NCBI GenBank assembly: GCA_047150005.1
Contig: AP038806.1
Coordinates: 1,824,001 to 1,888,000, forward strand
From: Nitrospira sp.
GTDB lineage: Bacteria > Nitrospirota > Nitrospiria > Nitrospirales > Nitrospiraceae
DNA length: 64,000 bases
Direction of reading: 5' to 3'
Numbering within the stretch: the stretch's first letter is position 1; each line of letters begins with the position of its first letter. The position numbers and the translations under genes were made by a program. Shown here one piece after another: positions 1 through 8,772 of this stretch. The notes under the pieces are model-generated. The model saw nothing but the letters and a program-made list of their open reading frames with translations, was not told the origin of the DNA and ran no database searches.

Positions 1-1
1 G

Positions 2-589
2 TTTGGAACCACGGATTACACGTCGGCTCTGACGACGGCAAAGGCCAAAAAGCCGACGTGCATCATTCTCAATCTCTATGGATGGGACCTCGTCCACGCG
101 CTGAAGGACTGCGGAAAGCTCGATCTAGCCAAAGAAAAGATCGGGATCGGCGGCCTGATCAGCGGCGAGCAAATCGGGCGACCATTGGGCTACGCCAATA
201 ATGCGGGCATCTGGGGCTTGATCTGGGATCCGAAAATCAAGACCGAAAGCTCCAGGCGTTTCATCCAGGCGGTGATCGACAAGTACAATCACACACCGAC
301 CTCACGTTGCTATCTGGGGTATGCCGCTATGACGCAGATTTTAGAGGCGGTCCAACGAGCCGGCACGACCGAGACGCCCGCGGTGATCAAGGCATTGGAG
401 GGGCATCACTTCGACGGGCTCAAGGAAGGTCGCTCGGAATTTCGGGCTTCGGACCATCAACACGTTCAGGACGTCCTTGTCGGGGAAGCCTACGGGCGGG
501 AGCTTGGACTGGGCCACTTCAAGATCTTGACGACGCTTCGCGGAGATGCCAACCCTGGCGCAGCGGATCGGCACAATTGCACCATGTAG
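2..589 (+). CDS. ABC transporter substrate-binding protein, branched-chain amino acid/LivJ-like family (5' truncated by window edge)
   Basis: Frame open from base 2 (FGTTDYTSAL...); C-terminal 'EAVQRAGTTETPAVIKALEG...SEFRASDHQHVQDV' typical of Peripla_BP_6 proteins. Confidence 0.75.
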   Translation, partial: FGTTDYTSALTTAKAKKPTCIILNLYGWDLVHALKDCGKLDLAKEKIGIGGLISGEQIGRPLGYANNAGIWGLIWDPKIKTESSRRFIQAVIDKYNHTPTSRCYLGYAAMTQILEAVQRAGTTETPAVIKALEGHHFDGLKEGRSEFRASDHQHVQDVLVGEAYGRELGLGHFKILTTLRGDANPGAADRHNCTM

Positions 590-642
590 CAGGGAGGCAA
601 GAGCCTTCTTGATGAAGACTCCTGCCTCCGTGGAGGCGGGCC

Positions 643-1824
643 CTATCTGGTCACGCGGATTTCCACCCGCCGGTTCTGGGCTCGTCCGGCATCGGTGGTA
701 TTGGAAGACACCGGCCTGGTATCCGAGTAGCCGGCGGTGGATGCTCCTGAAAATCCGCCGCCCGCCAGCGCCTCGGCGGCATTCCGTGCGCGCGCTTCTG
801 ACAGTTCCACGTTGGACGGAAATTTTGTCTTCAACGCGCCGCGGATCGGTCGGTTGTCCGTGTGACCGTCCACCGCAACTTTGTATTCGGGGAATTCCTT
901 CAGAATCGCGCCGACCTGTTTCAAGGCCTCCGCGCCGTCCGGCTTGAGCTGATCGTCTCCGGAGTCGAACAGGTAGCCGGAGGCCAGGTTGATGAGGAGC
1001 CGTTCGTTGTTCAAATCGACGGTGATGTTTTTCTTGTCGATCTGAGGCCTAAGCGCCCTGATCAGTCCGCGTTCCGCTTCTTTCAGCTTCGCCATCTCCG
1101 CCGAGAGGTCACCGCGAAGTCCCGCCAGCTCTCGATCCCGGTCCGCCAGTTGTTTCTCCAGATCGGCCGTATGCTGCTTGGCCGAGGCCAGCTCGGCCAT
1201 GAGTTTATCTTTCTCACCCGCGGCGCTTCCGAGGGCCGCGCACTGTGCTTCAAGTTCCGCCGTCCGCTGTTTCGACGCAGCCAGCTCGGAGGCGAGCTTG
1301 TCCCTATCGCCTGCACCGGCTTGAAGCGCGGCGATCTCGGCCCCGGACGAGGTGGAGAGGGTGCTCATCTGCGTCTCAAGGTCGGCGGTGCGGGCTTTCG
1401 AGACTTCAAGCTCCCGTTGTGTCGAGGACAGCTGTTGGGCCATCTTCTCGGAATCACCTGCATTGGAACGGAGCGCGGCCAACTCCCGATTGCGGTCGGC
1501 CAGTTCCCGGTCGCGATCGGCCAGCTGGCGTTCCAGGTCACCGCTCCGACCCTTTGCCTGGTTCAAATCGCCCGACAGTCCGTTCAGCCTGGCAATTTCT
1601 TTGTCTCGTTCCGCCACCATGCGTTCCAGTTCCGCGATTCGTTGATCCCGCGGATCGGCTAGGCGCGACGCCTCGTGGGACCTGGCCTTCATCTCATTCA
1701 TCGCACGGCTCGTGCTGTCATTCGGTGCCTCTTCCTGGAAGTACCACGCGGCACCGCTCTCTTTCGTCACTCCGACGGTGACGAGTAATCCCAGGACGAC
1801 CGCTACCAGTCTCTCGCATCGCAT
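643..1824 (-). CDS. OmpA/MotB-family peptidoglycan-binding protein with signal peptide and long repeated coiled-coil
   Basis: N-terminal hydrophobic signal; heptad repeats; C-terminal OmpA_C motifs LFDSG, VDGHTD, LSEARA, GRAQNRRVEI. Confidence 0.85.
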   Translation of the reverse strand: MRCERLVAVVLGLLVTVGVTKESGAAWYFQEEAPNDSTSRAMNEMKARSHEASRLADPRDQRIAELERMVAERDKEIARLNGLSGDLNQAKGRSGDLERQLADRDRELADRNRELAALRSNAGDSEKMAQQLSSTQRELEVSKARTADLETQMSTLSTSSGAEIAALQAGAGDRDKLASELAASKQRTAELEAQCAALGSAAGEKDKLMAELASAKQHTADLEKQLADRDRELAGLRGDLSAEMAKLKEAERGLIRALRPQIDKKNITVDLNNERLLINLASGYLFDSGDDQLKPDGAEALKQVGAILKEFPEYKVAVDGHTDNRPIRGALKTKFPSNVELSEARARNAAEALAGGGFSGASTAGYSDTRPVSSNTTDAGRAQNRRVEIRVTR

Positions 1825-1942
1825 TGAATCCTCCTTGGCTTTTCGATGGGCGCTCTTATGTCAGACGAACACGGGGTCTGCCGTGCGTGGCGGGGAGGGA
1901 GCAGGTCCTCGCCGACCGTAGAATTCAGGAATGGCATCATGC

Positions 1943-2359
1943 TCAATGCCGCTGACTCTTAATCGCGTCCCGAATCTCCATCAGCAATTTCTCTTCATTG
2001 GTAGGCCCGGCCGGCGGTGCCGGGGGAGCCTCCCTCTTGAAGCGGTTGACCTGTTTGACCAGCATGAAAATCACGAAGGCGACGATAAGAAAGTCGAACA
2101 CGCCCTGGAGAAATACGCCGTAATTGAGAGTCGGCGTTCCCGCCGCCTTGGCTGCAACCAGCGAAGGCTGCGGGGTTCCCGACAAGGTCAGGAACAGGCT
2201 GGAAAAATCCACTTTCCCCATCAGCAACCCGATGGGCGGCATCAGGATGTCGCTGACGAGCGATGACACGATCTTTCCGAAGGCTCCTCCGATAATGACG
2301 CCGATGGCCATGTCGAGGACGTTGCCCTTCATCGCAAAATCCCTGAATTCTTTCAACAT
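1943..2359 (-). CDS. mscL: Large-conductance mechanosensitive channel
   Basis: [35 protein letters not shown]...LLMEIRD signature; GGAGG RBS. Confidence 0.97.
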   Translation of the reverse strand: MLKEFRDFAMKGNVLDMAIGVIIGGAFGKIVSSLVSDILMPPIGLLMGKVDFSSLFLTLSGTPQPSLVAAKAAGTPTLNYGVFLQGVFDFLIVAFVIFMLVKQVNRFKREAPPAPPAGPTNEEKLLMEIRDAIKSQRH

Positions 2360-2408
2360 CGGAACCCTCCTTGTTTCGAGTGATTGGGGGACAGATTTTC
2401 AGCCGAAC

Positions 2409-3527
2409 TCAACGCCGTCGTGTCGTGTCGAAATTGTAGCCGAACGTGATGAGGTACAGCGTATCGGTACTCTGGACACCGGCCGGGGGTGTGTTGTTGT
2501 AGCGGTAGGTGAATTGAAAGTTCGCGACGAACCCCTCGATGAGTTTCAGCCGGATACCCTGATCCATCGTAAGGTAGTAATCCTGACTGTTCTGGAATGA
2601 AGGGAAAAATTCGTCGAAATGATAGAGCACGATTCGCTCGTCCAGCATGGGCCAATTGAGCCTCAGAGATCCTCGACCGCGCACGGACGACTGATCGGGA
2701 AGATTCTTGAAATCCTCGTTGAAATAGCTGACGCCGAACTCAGCGGACAGAGTGATGTCCTTGAAGTACGGGCCGGAAAAATCCCCCAGATCGATGAATT
2801 GGTAGCCGGGTCCGGTCGCCAGTGCGGTTCTGAGATTCAAGTCCTGAAAGGTATCTTGCTCGAAGTAGGCGCTCGTGAAGGCGTAGAAGCGTTTGGTGAA
2901 AAAGAAGTCGAGTTTGACCGTGCCTCGCGCGTTCCGTGCGGCCAGTTGGCCGTTGTTCTCGTTGTAGACGTACCGGCCGTTCAAGAGAAGCCGCAGCTTT
3001 TCGCTGCGTCCGGTCAGGTCCAAGAGGAAACTCGCGTTTTGAAAGTTCGTGTTGCCGTTCGCCGTCGAGATGCCGGCCGTCACTGCGCCGACGAAAATAA
3101 CCGGTGGCTGGACCAGCGGGTTGATGGAAGCGACCGATCCGACGGGAATCGTCAGGGGTTCGGCCAGCGACTCCACTTTCAGCAGAAGGAAGCCGTCCTT
3201 GTCCGCTTCGGTCGTGCCCACCAAGATGGTGCCCTCTTTCAGATGAAACGGAAGAGGATGGGTGACGGCCAGCTTGGAGACCTCACTCCACTTGACTTTG
3301 AATGCCTTGTCGGCGCTGTCCACGGTCTTGAGGAACAGGGTTCCCTCGGTCATTTCGATGACCTCACCGTACAGGACACTGCCGTCTTTCAAGGTCACAA
3401 TATCGACGGGAACCGGGGCCGGGGGACCGGCCGGCGGGTCCGTGTCCGCGGCAACTGCGGAAAAGGGAGAGGCCAGACAGACAGCCAGGACGAGCGCCCA
3501 GGCGTTCAGAATCGAGGGTCGTCGCAT
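2409..3527 (-). CDS. DUF481/YdiY-like outer-membrane beta-barrel protein with N-terminal periplasmic domain (start 3527 or 3536)
   Basis: Signal peptide; D-x-V-x-LKDG N-domain; amphipathic beta-strands, 'FEQDTFQDLNLR', terminal 'FGYNF'. Confidence 0.75.
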   Translation of the reverse strand: MRRPSILNAWALVLAVCLASPFSAVAADTDPPAGPPAPVPVDIVTLKDGSVLYGEVIEMTEGTLFLKTVDSADKAFKVKWSEVSKLAVTHPLPFHLKEGTILVGTTEADKDGFLLLKVESLAEPLTIPVGSVASINPLVQPPVIFVGAVTAGISTANGNTNFQNASFLLDLTGRSEKLRLLLNGRYVYNENNGQLAARNARGTVKLDFFFTKRFYAFTSAYFEQDTFQDLNLRTALATGPGYQFIDLGDFSGPYFKDITLSAEFGVSYFNEDFKNLPDQSSVRGRGSLRLNWPMLDERIVLYHFDEFFPSFQNSQDYYLTMDQGIRLKLIEGFVANFQFTYRYNNTPPAGVQSTDTLYLITFGYNFDTTRRR

Positions 3528-3672
3528 GAACGTCAAATTCCCCTTAGTTCCGTGGGTAGCCTTCCGATGGGCCGATTGCGAGAGTTGCCGGTCGAATCAA
3601 CTGGAGTGAGACTTAGGTGTATAACCGAATCCTCACGGTTTTGGCAATAATCAGACCCGCAGGCTGACGACG

Positions 3673-3688
3673 AGCAAAGTCGGTGCCG
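3673..3688 (-). promoter_or_regulatory. sigma54 (-24/-12) promoter for the DUF481-mscL-ompA genes
   Basis: Minus strand CGGCACCGACTTTGCT = GG-N10-GC matching YGGCAC-N5-TTGCW. Confidence 0.65.
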
Positions 3689-3869
3689 CGAGAAACCGAT
3701 GCTCTTGGCAGAAACTGCTTAAGGAGTTGTCCGCGCCGTGCGGATCCTGCATGAAGAATCCTTCAGGCATGGATGCAGGGTGCTTCTTCGTGAGGGCGAT
3801 TCCATGGCGACGGACGAACCGGCGGACGGAACCGTGCCGATTCGAGCCCTGCGATGACGGATGTCGAGC

Positions 3870-4661
3870 CTAGGTCCTTGGTGCAACGGCAGAAGGGGCA
3901 AACTCGATCTGCGCGGCCCGAAATCGTTCCATCACCGCCTTGTTGATTTCTCCTTGGGTCGAACCGTAGTCGGCGACGGCCGTCCAGGGTTGAATAGCAA
4001 TGGTGACGGCCGGCTGACCGAGCGCGCTGATGCCGACCGACGGAGCCGGGTCCTTCAGGATCTTGGGATGGCTCTGGAGCACGTCCCGCGTGATGGCCAA
4101 TGCTCGGTCCATATCGGCTGTGTACGCGATGTTGACCGTGAGCGCCATTTGACGGATCGTGCCGAAGTTATGAAGAATCTCTCCGATGATCTTCCGATTC
4201 GGGATGATCACGCGGGAGTGATCCGTGTGCATGAGGACGGTGGAAAAGATGTCGATCATGACGACATCCCCGTGCACGCCCAACAGCGAGATGTGCTCGC
4301 CGACTCGGTAGGGTTTCGTGAAGATGATAGACAGCCCGGCCATGACGTTGCCGAGCACGCCTTGGAGTGCGAGTCCGATCCCCACGCCGGCGACGCCGAT
4401 GCCGGCGATCAAGGGAGCGATCGGCACCCCAAGCGCCTCGAGCGCGATGACCGTCGTGAACAACAGGACGATGATCCTGACGACGCGAACCAACAGCAGC
4501 CGGACCGGCGGCTCAAGCGTGTGGCGCTCAAGCTGCTGTCTCGCCAGATTCCCTGCCCACCGTGCCACGATCACTCCGGCGGCGAAAATCCCGATGGCCA
4601 CCACCGCTTGCAGACCGTATCGCACGGCGTATTGCGTGAGCGTCTCCATTGCAATCATCAC
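3870..4661 (-). CDS. mscS: Small-conductance mechanosensitive channel (MscS family)
   Basis: 3 TM helices, 'GIGVAGVGIGLALQGVLGNVMAGLSIIFTKPYRVGE', 'IIPNRKI'; GGAGG RBS. Confidence 0.92.
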   Translation of the reverse strand: MMIAMETLTQYAVRYGLQAVVAIGIFAAGVIVARWAGNLARQQLERHTLEPPVRLLLVRVVRIIVLLFTTVIALEALGVPIAPLIAGIGVAGVGIGLALQGVLGNVMAGLSIIFTKPYRVGEHISLLGVHGDVVMIDIFSTVLMHTDHSRVIIPNRKIIGEILHNFGTIRQMALTVNIAYTADMDRALAITRDVLQSHPKILKDPAPSVGISALGQPAVTIAIQPWTAVADYGSTQGEINKAVMERFRAAQIEFAPSAVAPRT

Positions 4662-4670
4662 GGCGCCTCC

Positions 4671-4865
4671 TTAGCGACCGAACAGCTCCCCCAGGAGCTC
4701 CTTCCCCCGTCGTGGCAAGTCTTGCGGCTTCGTCGTGCCTTCCAAGAGCCCCTTGACGGTTGCTTTCACCTGCTTCTCCACCTGAGCCTGGACCGTTCCC
4801 GTCAGCGTCTTCACAATGCCGGCGAGGAAGATCAGAGCGAGGGTCATGCTCAGGATGATGTTCAT
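4671..4865 (-). CDS. Small (64 aa) protein with N-terminal hydrophobic helix, directly upstream of mscS
   Basis: MNIILSMTLALIFLAGIV...; own consensus promoter (TTGACG-17-TATACT) 25 nt upstream; stop abuts the mscS RBS. Confidence 0.55.
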   Translation of the reverse strand: MNIILSMTLALIFLAGIVKTLTGTVQAQVEKQVKATVKGLLEGTTKPQDLPRRGKELLGELFGR

Positions 4866-4890
4866 GCGACCTGTCCGCGGATTGTTCGGC

Positions 4891-4957
4891 AGTATAGAAA
4901 AGCATCGGAGGAGCGTCAAACGCTCACCTTGCCGCTCAAAAACGTGCGTGCTAAGAT
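4891..4957. promoter_or_regulatory. Divergent sigma70 promoters (small ORF/mscS on minus; tRNA-Ser on plus)
   Basis: Minus: TTGACG(4919-4914)-17-TATACT(4896-4891); plus: TTGCCG(4929)-17-TAAGAT(4952-4957). Confidence 0.6.
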
Positions 4958-4975
4958 CACATTCCCGAAAATTGC

Positions 4976-5065
<90 letters not shown>

Positions 5066-5146
5066 AACCAAGCGTGCTCGACCCGGAGCCTCACCAAATG
5101 ACGGCGACGGGATAAGTTCCTTGGTTTCACTGAGTTGTCGACCCGG

Positions 5147-5242
5147 AGTGCTGAGTAACAAGTGCTGTGTGCTGAGTTTGGACGAGACGAAACAGGGCTC
5201 AATAGGGCTAGGTTCGGAACTCGTTCCTCAGGACTCAGCGCT
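5147..5242. repeat. Heptamer-based (GTGCTGA) imperfect inverted repeat
   Basis: AGTGCTGTGTGCTGAG (5161-5176) pairs with CTCAGGACTCAGCGCT (5227-5242), 13/16; extra AGTGCTGAGT at 5147. Confidence 0.5.
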
Positions 5243-5250
5243 TTGAAAAA

Positions 5251-5351
5251 GGGGCCGGGCCCTGTGCAACAGAACCCTGTGAACCCCGCCAGGTCCGGAA
5301 GGAAGCAACGGTAAGCAATCAGTTCTGGGTGCCGCAGGATCACCTGGCCCC
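5251..5351 (+). ncRNA. ffs: Signal recognition particle 4.5S RNA
   Basis: Helix 8 motif CAGGTCCGGAAGGAAGCAAC, GGGGCC/GGCCCC closing stem, canonical position upstream of dnaX. Confidence 0.95.
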
Positions 5352-5357
5352 GCTATA

Positions 5358-5484
5358 GCAGGATGCTGAAAACGGTCCCCAACTTCGTTCTCGGTCGGTC
5401 GCTCCACTCGACGTACTAAACAACGTACGCCTCGTGGTCCTCCCTCCCTGTGGCCTTGTTGGGAAACCGTTTTGAGCATCCTGC
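5358..5484. mobile_element. MITE-like 127-bp palindromic element
   Basis: Terminal inverted repeats GCAGGATGCTGAAAACGGT / ACCGTTTTGAGCATCCTGC (18/19); internal CGTAC..GTACG hairpin; non-coding. Confidence 0.7.
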
Positions 5485-5516
5485 AGTGTTCATAAAGTCA
5501 CGTCATTGGTTTAAAT

Positions 5517-7295
5517 ATGGACTACCAAGTCTCAGCCCGTAAATACCGGCCCGGCACGTTCGACGATGTGATCGGTCAGCCGCACGTCGTGCAGACGCTG
5601 ATGAACGCCATTGAGTCGAAGCGGGTGGCGCAGGCCTATCTGTTTTCCGGGACACGAGGTGTCGGCAAGACCACGGTCGCCAGGATTCTTGCCAAGGCGC
5701 TCAACTGCGAGCGCGGGCCGACGGGTTCGCCGTGTGCCGTCTGCGTCAATTGCGTCGAGATCGCGCAGGGGAATTCGGTCGACGTGATCGAGATCGACGG
5801 CGCCTCCAATACTGGCGTGGACGATGTGCGGGAGATCCGGGAAAACGTCAAGTTTGCTCCGTTCAGAGGACAGTATCGGATCTACATCGTCGACGAAGTC
5901 CACATGCTGTCGAACTCCGCGTTCAACGCGCTGCTGAAGACCTTGGAGGAACCTCCGGAGCACGTGGTGTTTATCTTTGCGACCACGGAAATCCACAAGA
6001 TACCGGCGACCATCCTGTCGCGCTGCCAGCATTACAATTTTCGGCGGATCGCCCGGACCGAGATCGTGGAGCGCCTTCGCCACGTGGCGGCGCAGGACGG
6101 CATTACGATCGAAGATCGAAGCCTCGCGGCCTTGGCTCGGGCCAGTGAAGGCAGCATGCGCGACGCCTTGAGTTTACTCGACCAAGCGATGGCGTTCGGG
6201 GGAAAGACGGTCGTCCACGCGGATCTCGAACTCCTGCTGGGGGCCGTGCCCCAAGAACTGGTCCGAGCCATGATCCAAGCCCTCATCGCACAGGACAGCG
6301 CTGCCGCGCTGCACGTCTTGTCGACCCTGTTGGAGCGAGGACACGACCTGCGTGCCTATTGCGCGGAGATCGTCGAATACTTGCGGAACATGCTCGTGGT
6401 CTCGGTCACCGCGCCGCATGAATGGCCGCGGTTGATCGAAGCCTCTTCGGAGGACCTCGCGCAATTCGCGTCGGATAAGGGTTCGTTCAGCCCTGACCAA
6501 CTGCAACAGCTCTTCGCTATTTTTACCCAGGCGGAGGATAGCCTCCGAAGCAGTGCGCATCCTCGGTTCGTGCTGGAGACCGCGTCGGTGAAAGCGACCC
6601 GCCTTCTTCGAAAAGGAGAAGCATCCGCGGGACAACCCGCTCGCCCCCTCGCGCCGGAGCGCCCTTCCGTTCCGGCGGCGCCGCGCGCGGAGAAAGGTCC
6701 CGGGCCCGAGCCACACACGGCCCCGGTGTCGTCGCCGGCGCTTCAGGTGTCCGCAGCGTCCAAAGCATCGGCTGCACAAGACCCCTCTGCCTCCACTGCG
6801 GCGAGGACGGGGACTTCGTCCGCGCGTTCTCCTGCAGAGGCGGCTGCTTCTGGATCGCCCCCGAGCGGCGGTGCGGTGACGCTGAAGTGGGAGCAGTTCC
6901 AAGACGAAGTGGGGCTGGCGTTTCCCAACGTCGCGCCCTTTCTCGAGAGGGGGCGTTTGGTCGGCATTGAGGGCAACGTGATCACGATCGGATTCGACAA
7001 GCAGGCCACTGTGGCGCGGGCCATGCTTGAGAAACCGGACAACATGCAGGCGCTGACCGCGCTCTGCGCGAGACTCAGCGGTCAACCGATGCGGCTTCGC
7101 ATCGTTGAGCAGACGGAGGAGGATCCGCCTGGGCCCACGATGGCGCAGATCAGAGCGGCGAAGGAGCAGGAGCAGCGGCTGGTGCTGTTTGAGCAGGCGC
7201 GCGCCCATCCGGTCGTGAAACGGGCGTTGGAAATCTTCGGAGCAGAACTCACCGACGTCCGACCGGTGACGCGGCAGAAAGAGGTGCAGGAATGA
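5517..7295 (+). CDS. dnaX: DNA polymerase III subunit gamma/tau
   Basis: ARKYRP, Walker A GTRGVGKT, Zn Cys cluster, DEVHML, SRC motif. Confidence 0.98.
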   Translation: MDYQVSARKYRPGTFDDVIGQPHVVQTLMNAIESKRVAQAYLFSGTRGVGKTTVARILAKALNCERGPTGSPCAVCVNCVEIAQGNSVDVIEIDGASNTGVDDVREIRENVKFAPFRGQYRIYIVDEVHMLSNSAFNALLKTLEEPPEHVVFIFATTEIHKIPATILSRCQHYNFRRIARTEIVERLRHVAAQDGITIEDRSLAALARASEGSMRDALSLLDQAMAFGGKTVVHADLELLLGAVPQELVRAMIQALIAQDSAAALHVLSTLLERGHDLRAYCAEIVEYLRNMLVVSVTAPHEWPRLIEASSEDLAQFASDKGSFSPDQLQQLFAIFTQAEDSLRSSAHPRFVLETASVKATRLLRKGEASAGQPARPLAPERPSVPAAPRAEKGPGPEPHTAPVSSPALQVSAASKASAAQDPSASTAARTGTSSARSPAEAAASGSPPSGGAVTLKWEQFQDEVGLAFPNVAPFLERGRLVGIEGNVITIGFDKQATVARAMLEKPDNMQALTALCARLSGQPMRLRIVEQTEEDPPGPTMAQIRAAKEQEQRLVLFEQARAHPVVKRALEIFGAELTDVRPVTRQKEVQE

Positions 7296-7615
7296 AGAAT
7301 CCGTTCGGAAATATGGCCAACATCATGAAGCAGGCGCAGGCCATGCAGCAGCAAATGGCGAAGTTGCAGGAAGAGGCGGCCAACAAAACTGCCACCGGTT
7401 CCGCGGGCGGCGGGACCGTCACCGTGACGGCCAACGGCGCCATGCAGCTCGTTGGGATCAGCATTAATCCCGAAGCGGTCAAGGCCGACGACGTGGAGAT
7501 GCTGCAGGATTTGATTTTGGCCGCGACGAACGAAGCTCTCCGGAAGGCCCATGACATGATGGCCGAACAGATGAAAGCCGTGACCGGCGGCATGAACATG
7601 CCGGGATTGTTTTAG
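7292..7615 (+). CDS. ybaB: YbaB/EbfC nucleoid-associated protein
   Basis: 'MKQAQAMQQQM...GSAGGGTVTVTANG...DVEMLQDLILAATNEA'; between dnaX and recR. Confidence 0.95.
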   Translation: MKNPFGNMANIMKQAQAMQQQMAKLQEEAANKTATGSAGGGTVTVTANGAMQLVGISINPEAVKADDVEMLQDLILAATNEALRKAHDMMAEQMKAVTGGMNMPGLF

Positions 7616-7627
7616 GGCCGGACGACG

Positions 7628-8230
7628 ATGGCTGTCGATCAACAGGGATTGCTCGCGCGGCTGGTTCGGGAGCTGGTTCGTCTTCCAGGTATCGGGCAGA
7701 AAACCGCTCAACGACTGGCGTTCCATCTCTTGAAGGCCGAGCGGGAAGACGCGCTGCGATTGGCTGACGCGGTGCGGGCGGTCAAAGACGGCCTTTCGTT
7801 TTGTCGCCAGTGTCGGAACATCGCCGAAGGCGATCTGTGCGAGTTCTGCCTCGACCCGAAGCGTGACCGTTCGCGGATCCTGGTGGTGGAGGAACCCAGT
7901 ACGCTCTATGCGATCGAACGTGCGGGAGGGTATCGCGGCCTGTATCATGTCCTTCTAGGGGCGCTGTCGCCGCTCGACGGCGTCGGACCATCGGACATTC
8001 GCGCCGAGGAACTCATCGACCGGGTCAAGTTGGGCGGCGTTGCGGAAGTGATTTTGGCAACCAATCCGACCATCGAAGGAGAAGCCACGGCGATCTACCT
8101 CACGAATCAACTCAAGCCGTTGGGAACCCGGGTCTCGCGCATTGCCTACGGGATCCCGGTCGGGATGGATATCGAGTATGCCGATGAGGTCACGCTGTTG
8201 AAATCCATCGAGGGTCGGCGGGAGCTGTAG
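7628..8230 (+). CDS. recR: Recombination mediator RecR
   Basis: LPGIGQKTAQRLA HhH, C4 zinc finger, TOPRIM 'ATNPTIEGEATA'. Confidence 0.98.
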   Translation: MAVDQQGLLARLVRELVRLPGIGQKTAQRLAFHLLKAEREDALRLADAVRAVKDGLSFCRQCRNIAEGDLCEFCLDPKRDRSRILVVEEPSTLYAIERAGGYRGLYHVLLGALSPLDGVGPSDIRAEELIDRVKLGGVAEVILATNPTIEGEATAIYLTNQLKPLGTRVSRIAYGIPVGMDIEYADEVTLLKSIEGRREL

Positions 8231-8260
8231 AAGTTTTGCGCGGCGCGTTTGCGCGTCCCA

Positions 8261-8290
8261 TTGACCCTCTTTTGGCCCCCCTGGTATAGT
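8261..8290 (+). promoter_or_regulatory. sigma70 promoter of dksA
   Basis: TTGACC-18-TATAGT with TG extended -10. Confidence 0.5.
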
Positions 8291-8322
8291 CGTTACCGGT
8301 GCCGCCAGGAAGCAATTTTGGT

Positions 8323-8760
8323 ATGAAAGCACGTCCCCACGTCAGACGCACCAGCGGCGCTTCAGTGAAGCCTTCCGTTCCCAAGCGAAAGGTTCAATCT
8401 TCCGACGGCGCCGGGAAGTATTCCACCATACGTAAGGAACTCCAAAAACAGCGGGCCGCCATCTTGGAGGAGGCCGGTGAGGGCCTGACCAAACGAGACG
8501 GTCAAGAGGCGTTTCCGGACGTCAGCGACCAGGCTTCGGCCGAGGTCGATCAGAATTTTACGATGCGCATCAAGGAGCGCGAACAGAAGCTCCTCAAGAA
8601 GATCGATGAAGCGTTGGATCGGATGAAGAAGAGCACCTATGGGATCTGCGAACGGTGCGAAGAAGAAATCCCCTACCAACGGTTGAAAGCCCGTCCTGTC
8701 ACCACCCTCTGTATCGCCTGTAAGACCCTGCAAGAACAAGAAGAACGAGCCCGCCGGTAA
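8323..8760 (+). CDS. dksA: RNA polymerase-binding transcription factor DksA
   Basis: DVSDQA coiled-coil tip (DxxDxA), YGICERC...LCIAC C4 zinc finger. Confidence 0.9.
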   Translation: MKARPHVRRTSGASVKPSVPKRKVQSSDGAGKYSTIRKELQKQRAAILEEAGEGLTKRDGQEAFPDVSDQASAEVDQNFTMRIKEREQKLLKKIDEALDRMKKSTYGICERCEEEIPYQRLKARPVTTLCIACKTLQEQEERARR

Positions 8761-8772
8761 ACAGTCCAACCG

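Noticed and set aside
6550..6900. Programmed -1 frameshift in dnaX producing gamma
   Set aside because: No A-AAA-AAG or long poly-A slippery site seen; the region is simply a Pro/Ala/Ser linker
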